A DNA stretch of 63,906 nucleotides, filler included, from Vannella sp. (Eukaryota), in assembly GCA_023345925.1 (NCBI GenBank). It is 5 parts of 5 records of this genome, joined end to end, with 100 filler letters (N's around TTAATTAATTAA, not from the genome) between each part and the next. Parts side by side here need not be neighbours in the genome. Positions count along the whole stretch, not along the records: positions 1 to 22,620 come from JAJQQN010000335.1; 4 more parts are not named here. One strand, written 5' to 3'. Position 1 is the stretch's first letter; each line of letters opens with the position of its first letter. The translations under genes were made by a program, and so were the position numbers. The notes under the pieces are model-generated. The model was given only the letters and a program-made list of their open reading frames with translations. It did no database searches and was not told where the DNA came from. Positions 1-12,421 of the stretch are shown one piece after another.

Positions 1-89
1 CAGTCACATTCCAAGTTCATCGAACTTCTTTCATTTGGCAGGAGAAAGCGTAAACTGGAACCATTTTGTTGTTAAGACCGACCGGAGGA

Positions 90-2293
90 ATGGGCTCGTA
101 CGTTTTGAGGCGGCGGGTTCTGCCCCTGTTGGTGTTAGTGAGTGCCAGCTTTATCGTCTTCAGTAACTTCCTTCTGGGTGCGCGAGGACTTCATGAGGAT
201 GGGGAGCTGGAACTTCGCGTGGATCTCCCCGTTGCGCTTCATCGTTGCACTCCCGCCATCGTCACCTTTTCTGCGAAGCGTACCTTGACCTACGAAGAGA
301 GAGTCCATATGATGAGACACCTGGCAGTGGAGTTGAGGTGCTCACGAGTGGGATCGAATGAAATCCTCCACAAAGTGCTTCCCGCCATTCCTTCCCACCG
401 CTCCCATCACGAACTGAGAGTCCTCTTCTATCCTGACGATGGGATACGTAGCTGTGCACTGAAGACATTGTCTACTGCCACTGATGTGGTCTGGGTAAGA
501 CAGACGGCTGAGGCAGAGTATATTGTGAACCCTTTCGTAGACGACGGGAGCCGTAGGTTCTGTAACGTGTGCTTGGGTAAGTTCTCTCTGGAGTTGCTTG
601 GAGATGTACTGAAGAAGAGAAAGCGCATATTCACCAGCCCCTGCCGATGGCGTACCACTTCCTCCTTCAGGATGACTCGGGCACTTTTCTTTTCCACGAC
701 CTCCAGCACAATCTGATACGAGGCGACAAGAAGGTAACATGATCCTCTCTCCTGCTTCTGTCTTTAAAGTCTGACTGTTCTTGAGACCCTTTGGGTTGTT
801 GCCCATCCGCAAGTGACTTTGGAGTATCCTCCTTCTCTTCTCCTTGATCTTGTCTTTTCGGCTCATTTAGAGAGCGAGAACGTCATACAAAATGCGGATG
901 TATCTTGGTACTTCAATGAGAGCCGTCAAGGCTACTCTGTTACTTTTGAGGCAAAGGATGTGGGCGACTTCAACTTGATTGTGTCGCTTCATTGGTTTCA
1001 TGGTAGTTCAGAGCCGCCCGAAACCCCCATTCCGATCCTTGTTGGATCTCACTTCTCTTTCAAAAACTGGCCTTGCGATCAAAGGCGAAGTGAGATCGCA
1101 GATTCTCGCATTTTGCGTTTTACCGTCCACAAGCTCCACCCTGATGAGCCTGATTTAGTCACGCCTCCTTTGGGTCAGCAGGTTCAATGCACTTCCATGC
1201 TTGAAGAAGGCCGATGGCTTCATGGTCTGTCAGCAGAGGAGGCTTGTCGACCGCCTTTCTGCACTGGAGACCGCTCACAAGCGCATATTACAAACTCTAC
1301 CTGGTAACTCGTGATGCCTCTTCTACAGTACCCGTGGCCTCTAACATCATGCAAAGGGAATTTCCCATCCGGGGATGGTTATGGGTGCCCTACAAATGTC
1401 ACTATCACTATTACAACGTCTCTGACATCAACAAGTGCGCAAAGGAGAAGAAAATCAAATGGATTCTCATGCTGGGAGGTTCGTTATCTTTGTGTGACGT
1501 TCAAGTGATTGCAATATTGACTAATCAGTCCCAGACTCCCTTGTGAGAGAGTACGCCGCGTATCTCCAGTCGTTTAATTCCCAAACAGACACGACCAAGT
1601 TCCTTTTTACAGACCGCCTGATAGAGGGGACAGACTTACGAGTTTCCTATCACGTTTGGAGTGACATCTCCAATGATGAGCATTTGGTAGATCCTGTGAC
1701 TGCTGAGAGGAGCAAAGATTACATCCAGGCCATGCTTGACCAGTGCAACATCCGAGAAGCAGGAACATCTCGAACAAAAGTGGCGGGATCAATGGCGTGG
1801 CAAGTTCCAGAACAATCTGGACGGCCTGATGTCGTCTTCTTGAACGATGCCACCGCTCACTGCCTCATTAGGCAAAAGTCGCATCTTTTCAGAGCCTGGG
1901 TGCGGGACTTTTACAATCTCACATCAGAAGTTGTCCGTCAAGAAGGTCAAGAAGGCGTTCCCAAACTGTTTTGGTACGGCAATCCCTTCATTCGCGGCTG
2001 TAAACGTCCAAAATCTATCTTTATTACTCAAGCCCGCAGCGCACTCTTCAACGAGATCGCAAAGTGAGTAGAGTGAACGCATTTCGGCCTTAAGATCTGA
2101 TTTTTCCACTTTCAGACAGGAACTTCCTGGAATCCGCTTTGTTCATGCCCAGCACATCAGTCAAGGGCGTCCAGAATCCTCTTTCGACGGGTTACATTAC
2201 TTGTTTGGAACCGATAAGGGTGGATGGACGGGCACTGTGGCTTCCACATACGTCCAAGCCTTCCTGAACGAACTCTTCGAAGGGTGCCACTGA
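90..2293 (+). CDS. Type II membrane SGNH/PC-esterase-like (TBL/NXPE-like) protein, 5 introns; tandem copy 1
   Basis: N-terminal hydrophobic anchor. Splicing (e.g. 577-617, 734-785, 1304-1356) joins the ORFs and restores WVPYKCHY...MLGDSLVRE (GDS motif) and C-terminal DGLH (DxxH), as in the PC-esterase/SGNH family. Confidence 0.65.
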
Positions 2294-2447
2294 CCCTCTG
2301 ACTCTGAGGACTGCTCGCACTCAAGATTGGCACTCCAACATACGTCATTGTAAGGGGGAAAGAGTAAGAATGTGAATAAATGCAAAAACGACGTGAAAAG
2401 AGTCATTTTTTGGCTTCCGGGTGGGAAAGGGAGAATCCCGTTGGTTT

Positions 2448-4755
2448 ATGCTTGCTAGGCGAGGCATGCGCGGTCTTTTGTCCGTTCTGGTGATGGCCAG
2501 TCTTGCGTTGTTATTCTTCTATGTTTATGAGCTCTCTGAGGGATCTAGCCAAGCGCCTGTGTCTACTTCAAAGCGTTCTTCCGCTTCTCCGTCCCCAATG
2601 AGCTCCTTTCTCGATCTGCAAGGGCAGGAAGGAGACGATGTTGGACATGAGTCCCCTGCTGTAGAAGACTTGGCAGGTGATCATGGCCCAGTCGCCATGC
2701 AGGTGGCCCTCCCGCTGCAACTGCAGATCTGCTCCCCAGCCGTGGTCACCTTCTCTGCTGGCAGGTCCCTCACCTACCGAGAACGAGTTGATTTGATGGA
2801 TCACCTCGCAGTCGAGCTTTTCTGCTCACGAAATGAGTCCAAAAACACCTTTCACAAGGTTCTCCCCGCCTTTCCAAGCCCCGAAAGCCTTCATCAGTTG
2901 AAGGTGTTCTTTTATCCCGACGATGGGGTTTCCAAATGCACTCTTAAGGCTCTGAGCACCTCCTTCTGGGTAAGTTTGGAGGGTCAGATAGAGGAAAAGG
3001 AGTTCAATGTCGGGCCATTCCCTTTCACTTCCGCCAATCTGTACAATCACTGTCGGCGTGAGTCTCCCCTGATTGTATTTTTTGTTGTTTATTAGAGGGG
3101 AAGCACATTTCTACAGGCCACTTCCGATGGCGTACCACTTTTCCCTTCAAGATGACTCGGGAAAGTATCTTTTTCAGGATCTCAATCACAATCTGATGCG
3201 TGGAGACTCTTTGGTGATTGCATTCATTTACTATCCTTCTCATGTTCTCATTAGCAGCCTCTAGAGACTGTGGATAGTTCCTCACCCAAAAGTTGTTTCA
3301 GAGCATTCACCTTCTTTACTCCGCAAAGCCATCTTCTCGGCTCACTTGGAGAGTGAATCGATCATACAGAATGCAAATGTTTCATTGGACTTTGATGAAG
3401 TCCGCCAAGGCTACTCTGTCTCCTTTGAAGCGAAGGATGTGGGTCAATTCCATTTGATCATTGCACTTCATTGGTTCCACGGAGACACTGAACCTCAAGA
3501 CAAGCCCGCACCTATATTGGTTGGGTCTCATTTCTCTCGGATATTTACCCTTTGTGATCGAGATCGAAGTTTGATTGCTGATTCTCTCTCGCTGACATTC
3601 ACTGTCAGCAAGCGTCACTCACAAGACTCCGATTTTCTTCTCCCCTCGGTCAAAGAGCAAGTTCAATGCACCTCCATGATGGAAGAGGGTCGATGGATGA
3701 AAGTACTAGATGCTGATGAACCTTGCCGACCGCCCTTTTGCACAGGAGATCGCAAGACAGCAAGAATAACCAGATCCAGATGGTAGACACTCCTTTTGTC
3801 TCGTTCGATTTTCTCATTTAAGACTCAGGGAACCCACTGCTGAGTGGTTGTGGGTGCCTTACAAGTGCCACTATCACTATTACACTGTTCCAGATCTCCG
3901 TAAGTGTGCGCAAAAAAGGAACATCAAATGGATTCACATGCTGGGAGGTACGTTTCCTCTTTGCCTGATTCAGATTGGCAACTTAGACAGCTTTCAAAGA
4001 TTCGCTTGTGAGAGAATTTGCGGCTTACCTGCAGTCATTTAACGACCAAGTGGATACCAGCAAATTTCAGTTCACCGATCGAGTTATCAATGGGACGGAC
4101 TTGCGGGTCTCCTACGAAGTTTGGTTCGATATTGCGGATAATCAACATTTGGTCGATCCTGCCACAATGGAACGCAGCAAAGACTACATTCAGGCCATGT
4201 TGGATCAATCAAATATCAGAAAAGCGGACACATCCAAACAATTAGGAACTGAATTCATGGCTTGGCAAGTCCCCAAACAGATAGGAAGACCCGATGTGCT
4301 CTTGTTCAACGCTGCCAATGCCCATGCTCTATTCTCCCAAAGATCGTCCCTCTTTAGGAAATGGATACGCGATTTGAGTGATTTAACGGTCGATGTCGTC
4401 GCTCAACAGGGCCAGAAAGGAGTCCCCAAACTGTTTTGGTACGGCAATCCGTTCATCCGAGGATGCGCACGGCCTGGAACGAAACATCTTACTCAAGCAC
4501 GCAATGTTCTCTTTAACGAAATAGCTTTGTAAGTGCCTGGACCTTGAGGGCTCTAACTAATTGAACTCCCCCTCAAGAGAGGAATTTCCAGGAGTCCGGC
4601 ATGTTCATTCCCATCACATCAGCCAAGGGCGTCCAGAAGGGTCATTTGACGGATTGCATTACCTTTTGGGAGATGACAATGACGGTTGGACGGGGACTGT
4701 TGCAGCAACTTACACGCAAGCTTTTCTCAACGAACTCTTCGAAGGCTGCCATTGA
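2448..4755 (+). CDS. Type II membrane SGNH/PC-esterase-like protein, 5 introns; tandem copy 2
   Basis: Collinear paralog of 90-2293 with the same intron positions and shared blocks CRPPFCTGDR, WVPYKCHYHYY, GDSLVRE, GVPKLFWYGNPFIRGC, SFDGLHY. Confidence 0.65.
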
Positions 4756-4822
4756 TTGACCATCCGCCAATCCCCCCAAAACCGTCAACGATTTGCCTCT
4801 GCGATTTAGCATGCAAAAGTGT

Positions 4823-7800
4823 TTAGAAATCGAAAAGAGAGCTTTTGGACGAGCCGCCAAAGATATCGTCCAGTTTCTTATTCCCGCGTTTTGGCGTAGA
4901 ACCGCCAAATAGGTCGTCACTTGAGTCCCCAAAGAGATCCACACTGGTAGAAGTTGGGCGCGAGGTTGTTGAGAACTTTGAAGTCATGTCAAAGGAGTCT
5001 TGTTTTGGAGTAACGGGAGACTGAGGGCTGGTTATGGGAGCCGCATTCTTTTTGGCGCTGGATCCGAAGAGATCATCATCATCACCAAACAAATTGACGG
5101 GGCTTCTCTTCTTGGCTACTGGAGAGAATTGAACCTCTTCCTTGGTGTCTCCCTCCGTCAAATTTTGAGAAAGAGGATCGAATGAAAGCGGTTTGGCCTT
5201 GGCGGTCACTTCCGGTTTGAAAGTCACTTCTTCCTCTTCCTCCGCTGATTTCCCAATTTCCTCGTCAGTAGAGGTCTCAGAATCCTCCTTGAGATCAGTT
5301 TCACTTGGTTGGATAGCATCCTCTTCGACAACTTCCTCTGCCTCTTCGACAACTTCCTCCTCCTCAACAACCTCTTCCTCTTCCTGAAGCACCTCTTCTT
5401 CCTCCTCCTCAATGATCTCTTCCTCGATAACCTCCTCCTCCTCCTGGAGGACCTCTTCTTCATCGACTGCATCCTCTTCGATCACGTCTTCCTCGACAGA
5501 GTCATCCTCTTGAAGCAAGTCAACTCCTCTATCCTCCACTGGAAGTGTAACCTGCTTCTCATCAATCTGGAATTCGCGCACAACTCGTTGGACGTCGCGT
5601 TCCATTTTTGCAACATCCAAGGAAGCGTCCAGAGCATCAAGCTGACCCTCTACTTGATCTTCCTCGTCCCCTTCGATTGCAGCAAAATCAGAATCCAAAG
5701 TGCTCAAAGCGTCATAAGTGGAGTTCTTGACCAACTCCGCAAGGGTATTCAGGATTGAAGCACTGTCATATGTCTCCTCTGCATCGACAGAATCGCGCAT
5801 GGCAAAGTAGAAGCGGCTCATGATGCTCTTGACATGCTGGATCATAAAGTCCTGCGCAGTCTTGTTGAATTGAGCCAGTCTTTCGTCTTGCTTTTGAGAA
5901 ATAGTCTGGGAGTCGATTGGTGCCTTGGCAGCAAAGCCACAAGCTTTTCCTTTTTCTTCAGCTTTTCGGAGAGCAAACTCTGCCCTGGTTTTGATCTGCT
6001 CCACCCTCTGCTCGACACGCTCAACATTCTCTGCCACTTCCGCATCTTTCTCAGCGCTTAGATCTTCGCGCATTTGGTCAACGCGGACCTTGAACTGTTC
6101 CTTCAGCTTCTGGACATTATCCTGCCACTTCTCTTCAGTTGCCTGCTCAATAGAAGCTGCCTCCTCCACAGCTCGCTCCTTTTCTGCCTTGAACTTCTCT
6201 GATTGAGCTTTGGCCCGCTTCACTAGCTCCAGCTTCTCCTCTTCATAGTCGCTTTCAATGCGAGCTTTGGCAGCGAGCCACTTCTTCTTGCGGGACTCAA
6301 AGAGAGCTCTGCTTTTCTTCAACTCACTTTCAAGCTCCTTCAGCTCCTCTTGAATCGTTCCAATACGAATCTGCATGGCTTTCTTTCGGGAACGCTCATC
6401 CTTCAGCTGGTTTCGCAGTTGGTCTCCCAACTCACTGTCAGAGACAAGATCAGACTTGGTTGTGTTGATCGCGCTTCGGAGGGTTTCCAAATCATTAGAG
6501 GTGCTGCCCACCTCGTCCAATAGCTCTTGGTTTCGGAGAGAAGCCTGTGCCAATGCTCTCTTGTCCTTGCTGAGATTGTCGAGTGTGTCGTTCAGCTCCT
6601 CTTCAATCTTGAGCTTCTCTTCGCGGATGGCGTTCATTTGCTGGCGTGCCTTATCAGAGGAGTAGTCCAAGTTGTTGTTGCGCTCTTCCATTAAGCGACT
6701 CTGTTGCTCAATAAGCTCCTTATTCTTCTCCAACAGAGCAGAGAGCTTTTCTCGCAACTCATCAATTCTGTCTGACTTCATGTTGGCCTCCTTTTGGAGC
6801 TGCTCGTTGTCTTCAATGTACTTTTGAATGGTTTGAACGATAGCCAGACCATGTGCCCCAGCCTGGGACTGCTTGCTACGGCCAAATATGGAGTCTTCAA
6901 CGGCAGCGTTGAGCTGCTCGACCTTTTGAGCGGCTCCATAAACGGTTGTCTTGATGTCTTGGGCCAGTCGAGCGGTATCTTTGAGGAATCTGCGGTTCTG
7001 TGCAAGAGAGACAACCAATTCGGCACGTTCAGCCTTGGCCTTCACTTCTCTGGGAATCTCTACGGCTGCTTCGGGCTCCGGTTGTGGAGGCGGTGCTCTT
7101 TGCTGAACAAGGGCCAGCTTCGCCTCTTCCAGTGCTCGCTTTTGCTCCTCAATCTGCTGTTTAAGTTCTCTTTGCTGCTCCTTTTGCTGCTCCATAAGGG
7201 CCTGCATGCTTGAATTCACTAAGGCTAGCTCGGTACTCTGAGCAGGAGGTGCTTGAGGCTGCATCATTTGTTGCCCGTAAGGATTAAATGGCTGCCCAGG
7301 CATCCCACCATAAGGTTGCCCATACCCAGGAACTCCATAAGGCATCTGGCCAGGGAATTGGCCATAGCCCTGTCCTGGGAATGAACCTGGAGGAAAGCCA
7401 GGAGGCGCTCCGTACGGAGACGGAGGGTAAGGATAACCAGGTGGGGGTGCCCCATATACTGATGCTGGCTGCGTGGTAGCAGGAGGGGCGCTTGGCTCAT
7501 CAACGCTTTCGCTCATCTTCTGAGCACGTCTGAGAACCTCTTCTCTCCGAGTGTCCGCCTCTTCGTCCTCTTCTTCGGCCTTCACCGGAGCTGCTGGAGC
7601 CGCTGCGACCACAGGAGGAGCACTAGCTGACTTGTTGTACTTGACGCGCTCCAAGGTGATCGAGAAGATCAGCGAAGAGTTTGCAGGAATGGCGTCTCCC
7701 ATCGCGCGGTCTTTGTATGCAAACTGGGCTGGAATGACCACTACACGAGAGCCCTTCTTTCTCATACCGATGACACCGTCGTCCATGCCTTTGACAACCT

Positions 7801-8552
7801 TTCCAGCGCCCACAGCAAACTGGAAGAGCTTCTCTGAGTTCATGTTCGAGTCGAACATCGCTCCACGCTTGCCTTCTGTCAAGAGGAAGCCTGAATACTT
7901 GATCTTCACTTCATCGCCAGAGTCAATGGCCTGTCCTGTGCCTTCCACAACCTCCTGCGTGACGACACTGGAGAGTCCATCCACCAGGGCCTTCGCTATC
8001 GCCACTTGGATGGCAAAGGCGGCAATAGTCTCTTCCGAAGAGAACTTGAGAGACCACATGTCCCCTGCTGCGTCCTTGATGGAGGCGTAAACGCTGTTCT
8101 GGATGGTGAAGGAGAAGGATGCCGTCACAGGGACCTTCACCACTTGCTCGTTGGCTTTCTTGTACACTAGGAGGTGGAAGGAGTTGGTAGATAGGTTGCC
8201 CAGGATAGCTGCGCCTGTCTTCCCGGCGGAATCGTACTTTTTCTCGTTCTTGTTGCTGGAAGGGGATGGAGTGAGTACGGGAGAGGAGCGAGCGGGCCCG
8301 TACTATTTGTATGCAAGGCATCCCGTTTCAGCAATGAGAAGTGAGTCCACGGCAGCTTGGCCCCCTTGCTGTGAGCTGGGTTGCTTCGGTGCTTGATAAG
8401 TCAAGGAAGGTCGAGCCCCCGCCTTGGGTTGGCTCCCAAAGATGCTCGACAAGTTGCTGGTACTATCCAGACCCCACTCATCAGCCCTCCCAGCTCGCAA
8501 ACAACCACCAAACCAACCTCGAACGCGGGTCGCGTTGACCCATCCCCGCCAT
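4823..8552 (-). CDS. FKBP15: FKBP15/WAFL-like protein (WH1-like N-terminus, FKBP PPIase domain, coiled coil, acidic tail)
   Basis: Two short 5' introns give LSSIFG...AYKYN...GKTGAAILGN...LLVY. FKBP domain motifs FDSN, VGAGKVVKGMDDGVIGM, IPANSSLIF. Long coiled coil follows. Confidence 0.8.
5320..5500 (-). repeat. Low-complexity coding repeat (EEEV/EEEI units) in the FKBP15 tail
   Basis: Repeated (TCCTCT)/(TCTTCC) runs encoding EEEVLQEEEEV... on the minus strand. Confidence 0.8.
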
Positions 8553-8597
8553 CCTCGCGGCCCGGACACCAAGAAATGAGGTAGTGAGGGAGAGCCT

Positions 8598-9386
8598 TTA
8601 TACAGTGACAGGAGGGCGATGGCGGTAGCGCATCTCTTTGGCCTTGTTCCCTACAAAGTCATTCGCGCCCACCTGGCCCTGCGAGGAGAGGGTTTGGAGG
8701 AGGATGTTCGCTATGTTTGTGGCGTCGTCTAGGCCACTGTGAGGGCGACCTTCGAAGGTGAGGTTGTAGTCTGGTGTGGAAGGTGAGGGCGAGAGGGTGG
8801 AGAGGGGAGAGCCTACCAGCAAGCATCTTGGTGATTCCAACTCGCTCTGTCTTGCCAGTGAAGCGTCGGTGGTGTTCGCGGATGTCTACCCACTCTCTAA
8901 AGTATGGAGGGAATGGAACGTCCTTCCGCTGGCACTCCTGAGCGAGGAAGAAGAGTCAGGGTGGCGCGGTTGGTGAAGCATGAGCCTCCCTACCTTGAAG
9001 AGGAAGCTTTCCATATCCCAAGGGCCATCTGTACACACAGTGAAGCTGCGAGCGCCAGTCTCTGGATCCAAAAGGTGAAGAGAGACGAGCCAATCCTGAA
9101 AGCTCGCCAAAACTTCGTGCAAAGGGAGAGCATCATCGACTTGCTCTTGAGTGATGCCTGTTAGCTCTTTACAATAGTTGTCGAGCTCTGGTGCTTCAAC
9201 AGGCTTCACATAGTGGTGAAAGCGAGCCACAACCTCTCGAGAGGCTGCCGATACAAGGATGCAAGGGAACTCGATGACTTCGTGGCGCCACCTCCACGCT
9301 TGTAGCCCATCGATGCACGTGCACTCAAAGTCTATCACACAGTAGTACTCCAATGGGTCCCGCATGGGTCTGTCCCCCTCTTCCAT
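8598..9386 (-). CDS. ERI1-family DEDDh 3'-5' exonuclease, 2 introns
   Basis: Motifs VIDFECTC, EVIEFP, LTGITQEQVD, TDGPWDM, FEGRPHSGLDDA. Confidence 0.9.
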
Positions 9387-10168
9387 GCACGAAGAGAAGA
9401 AGTGAGCGGATTAGATCATCGGGCAATCAATGGGAAGTGAGCCAATCATTATGATGATAACCGGAGACTTGTCGTGGTTGCTTTACGTCAAGTTTTCACT
9501 TCGTTTGTCCTCTCATTCGGTCCTGACGCTCGCAGAACTTCGATTAGGGATTCCCCTATCAAATCTCCCCCGCGAGGAGATCAGGAGGTTCATGATCCTT
9601 CCTACGAAGAAGGCGGGGGCCGCAAATTGAGACCTGTTGAGGCATCATGGCCAGTCAACTAGTGCGTAACAAATAGTCACTTTGGGGAAGTCGAAGAAAC
9701 GGCTTTTCTATCTACCTGCGTTCACCCGAAGGATGCCTTACTACGATCCGATACTATGTAGTTGTTCTTTACTACAAAAGGAATCGGAGAAGCGTTTCGG
9801 AGGAACTGTCATAGGTACTCCATTCAATCTCGATTCCAACTATTGAGGCTCCCTCAGAGCTGTGGACAATATACTCCTCACAAAGAAGGCAGAAGACAGA
9901 GCAGTGGATGCACCTCAACGAAAGGATTCGGTGTATCCACTGCTCTGTGGAGAGCCAAAACTGGTGTTCATCAAGATCAAGATCACCAAAATCATATCCA
10001 AGATGTGTTCTACCATTCTCCTCCCAGGGGGGCTTGTTCAGTTCATGACGAAGCCTGTGTTGCATCAAAATGAAGCCGTTGCACCCAAAAGGAGGCTTTG
10101 ATGTCCGTCCACAGCCAAAGTGGCTGCCGGGAGAGGAACAGGATGCCAAATGGAGGTGGTTTGGCAGT

Positions 10169-10708
10169 TTACCAACGAACGTCGTCGCGTTCTAGTCGTT
10201 TCAGCTTGAAAGCATTAGCAGAAGGAAGGGTGACCTGTTTGGGCTTCTGCCCGAGGTTGGCACCAGCCTCGATGTCCTGTATGCGCTGTACTTTCTCCTT
10301 TAGGCTCTCCTGGATCTCATAGAGGGACTGATCCAGCTTCTTCTGGTCTTCGTCCTGTTAGAGTGATCGGAGCTCAAGCCAGTTTACCTTCTTGAAGTAT
10401 TGTTGTTGCACTTGACAAGGGCAAGCGGAGGAAGAGACTTCCTGTGCAGAACCAGAGCTTCTGCTCCTTTCCTACTTCTTCAATAGCTGGCTGGAGATGA
10501 CGCAAGGCGACCACAGCCTCTCGATTCGCTTGCCTCTTCCGATCCATGTCCACCATCTCCCCACCTTCTGTCAGAAGGCCTCGCATGGACAGGCTGTCGC
10601 ACTCACTTCCTGCTTCTCCATCAGCACTTGCTCTCCAAGCACCTCAACCTCCTTCAGGCTCTCCTCAAACAACCGTAAGGCCTCCTTTGCTGCCTCTTCC
10701 TTCTCCAT
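10169..10708 (-). CDS. PDRG1: PDRG1 prefoldin-like protein, 2 introns
   Basis: Introns 10557-10606 and 10348-10387 give EQVLMEKQEMVDMDRKRQANREA...WFCTGSLFLRLP...ILQEDQKKLD. Confidence 0.75.
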
Positions 10709-10776
10709 CCCAAACAATGATCCAACAAAGCCCTTTCCTTGGCATTGTGTTGGGGAAGGGAAGGGAAGGGAAGAGG

Positions 10777-11624
10777 ATGTCTGGGTTTGCGCCTTTTGGC
10801 AACTTTTGGAACTATTACACGTTCAACCTGGTTCAGGAGCGGCTGCAGTACATTAAGATCGATGAGGTGGTGCAGGGGATCGTTGGAACTCGCAGTTCAA
10901 CAGAACAGGGAATGAGCGTCTTGGACATCGGCTGCAACGAAGGAGATGTCACATTGGCCGTGCTGGGGGTCCTAAGGAACAGAGAGGAGTTGAAAGATGA
11001 TAAGATCAATGTCTTGGGTGTTGATATCGACGCGCAGTTGATCGAACGAGCGAGAGCAAAGAGCAAAGAGCTTCCTGTTGACTTCCTTCAGCTCGACTTT
11101 CTCGACTCTGACGCTCCTAGCACGTTCCTTATCGAGAGAGGGAGTGGTATGTTGCTGTACGAATCGTTTGACACTGTTTAGTAACGCTTTGGGGGCTAGA
11201 ACGCTTCGATCTGGTGTTCGCCTTGTCCATTACCATGTGGATTCACCTGAACAACGGTGATGAGGGCCTTGATCGCTTCCTTGAGAAGCTCTCTCTACTC
11301 GCTAACAATCTGATCATCGAGCCACATCCTTGGAAGTGCTACTTGAGCATGCGCAAGCGCAACAAGAAGAACAAAGTGACACTCCCTTACTCCCTGGAGC
11401 CCCTCAGGATCCGTAACGACGTTGTCACACACATAGAGACTAAGTTGGCCTCATTAGGGTTTGAACTAGTCCAGGTAAGTGCCGGAGGTCACCCCCTCGC
11501 CCCTTCCTCACTCGTACAACAGACCCTGGGAGTCACCAAATGGGAACGTAAGCTTCTTTGGTACCGAAGAGCGAACGTAGCTCATCAAGCAAGCTCACCT
11601 CTCAACAAAGAGGCACTAAAATAA
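10777..11624 (+). CDS. BCDIN3D: BCDIN3D/Bin3-family RNA 5'-phosphate methyltransferase, spliced
   Basis: APFGNF.NY, VLDIGCNEG, GVDIDAQLIERA, LSITMWIHLNNGDEGL, IEPHPWKCY. Confidence 0.85.
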
Positions 11625-11687
11625 GGTTCCGGATTTACTGAGTGCTGATTGGTCAAGACGTCATTGTTTGTTGGACCTCTGGCAGTG

Positions 11688-12379
11688 ATGAGCGCCAAGC
11701 GGAAAGCAAGTGCACCGCTACGTTCTGCGCCCGCGAAGAAGCGGCTCAAACCTAACTTGCTGACGGAGTTGATTGATGGTTCGGTTAGCTTTAAGCTTCT
11801 TGTGGAGTATTGGTGAGTGGAGGGATCATCTTTTGTGTTCGTCTGGTGCGCTGACTGTGACTCAGCTCTTCTTGATCAATCTACAAGACGTGTGCGAACC
11901 GTTTGGACTCTGTTCTTCGACAAGCCTTCCCGTCTGGTTGTTTGGAGTTCAATCCCAACGGGAAGCCCGCCAAAGGAGCCTTCGAAGTGACGTTGGCGAT
12001 GCAAGAGCAGCAGCCAGTTCTCTTGTATTCCAAACTGGCCTCTTTTGGTCCTGCAAAAGACCGCGCGGCCCTCCCTGAGCCTCTCGCCTTCGTAGTGGAG
12101 GTAGTGGCCCCAGCAGTCCGTTCTGTCAAGTCGGGAGCGGCCTCTTCTCCTCCTTCTCTTGAAGTGACCAAGGCTGCCAAGGTAAATCAATCCAAAGCAA
12201 CAGAAGAGAGCCAAGAGGAGGTCTCCAGCAGCGCTCAGACGAACTACAACTCGTTTACCGTCTTTGAACTGCGCCGCATCCTTTCCCAACGGAAGCTAGC
12301 CACCTCTGGTCGAAAGGCAGAGCTAGTTCAAAGGCTCAAGCTGGCAGGCGAGTCCCCTGTCGCGGCAGACCTTCAGTGA
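11688..12379 (+). CDS. SELENOH: Selenoprotein H-like Rdx protein (CSSU) fused to a C-terminal SAP domain; intron 11813-11865; Sec UGA at 11873-11875
   Basis: Basic NLS-like N-terminus (MSAKRK...PAKKRLK). Spliced VEYC-S-S-TGA-SIYK is in frame with ORF 11903-12379. SelH-type NPNGKPAKGAFEVTL. SAP motif TVFELRRILSQRKLATSGRKAELVQRL. Confidence 0.85.
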
Positions 12380-12421
12380 GACGATCTCTGCATCAATGAG
12401 GAGGAAGGAGAACAACTTCCC

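Noticed and set aside
9542..9552. Telomerase-like template (GATTAGGGATT)
   Set aside because: An 11-nt match is expected by chance, the implied 7-nt repeat is unsupported, and no pseudoknot was identified.
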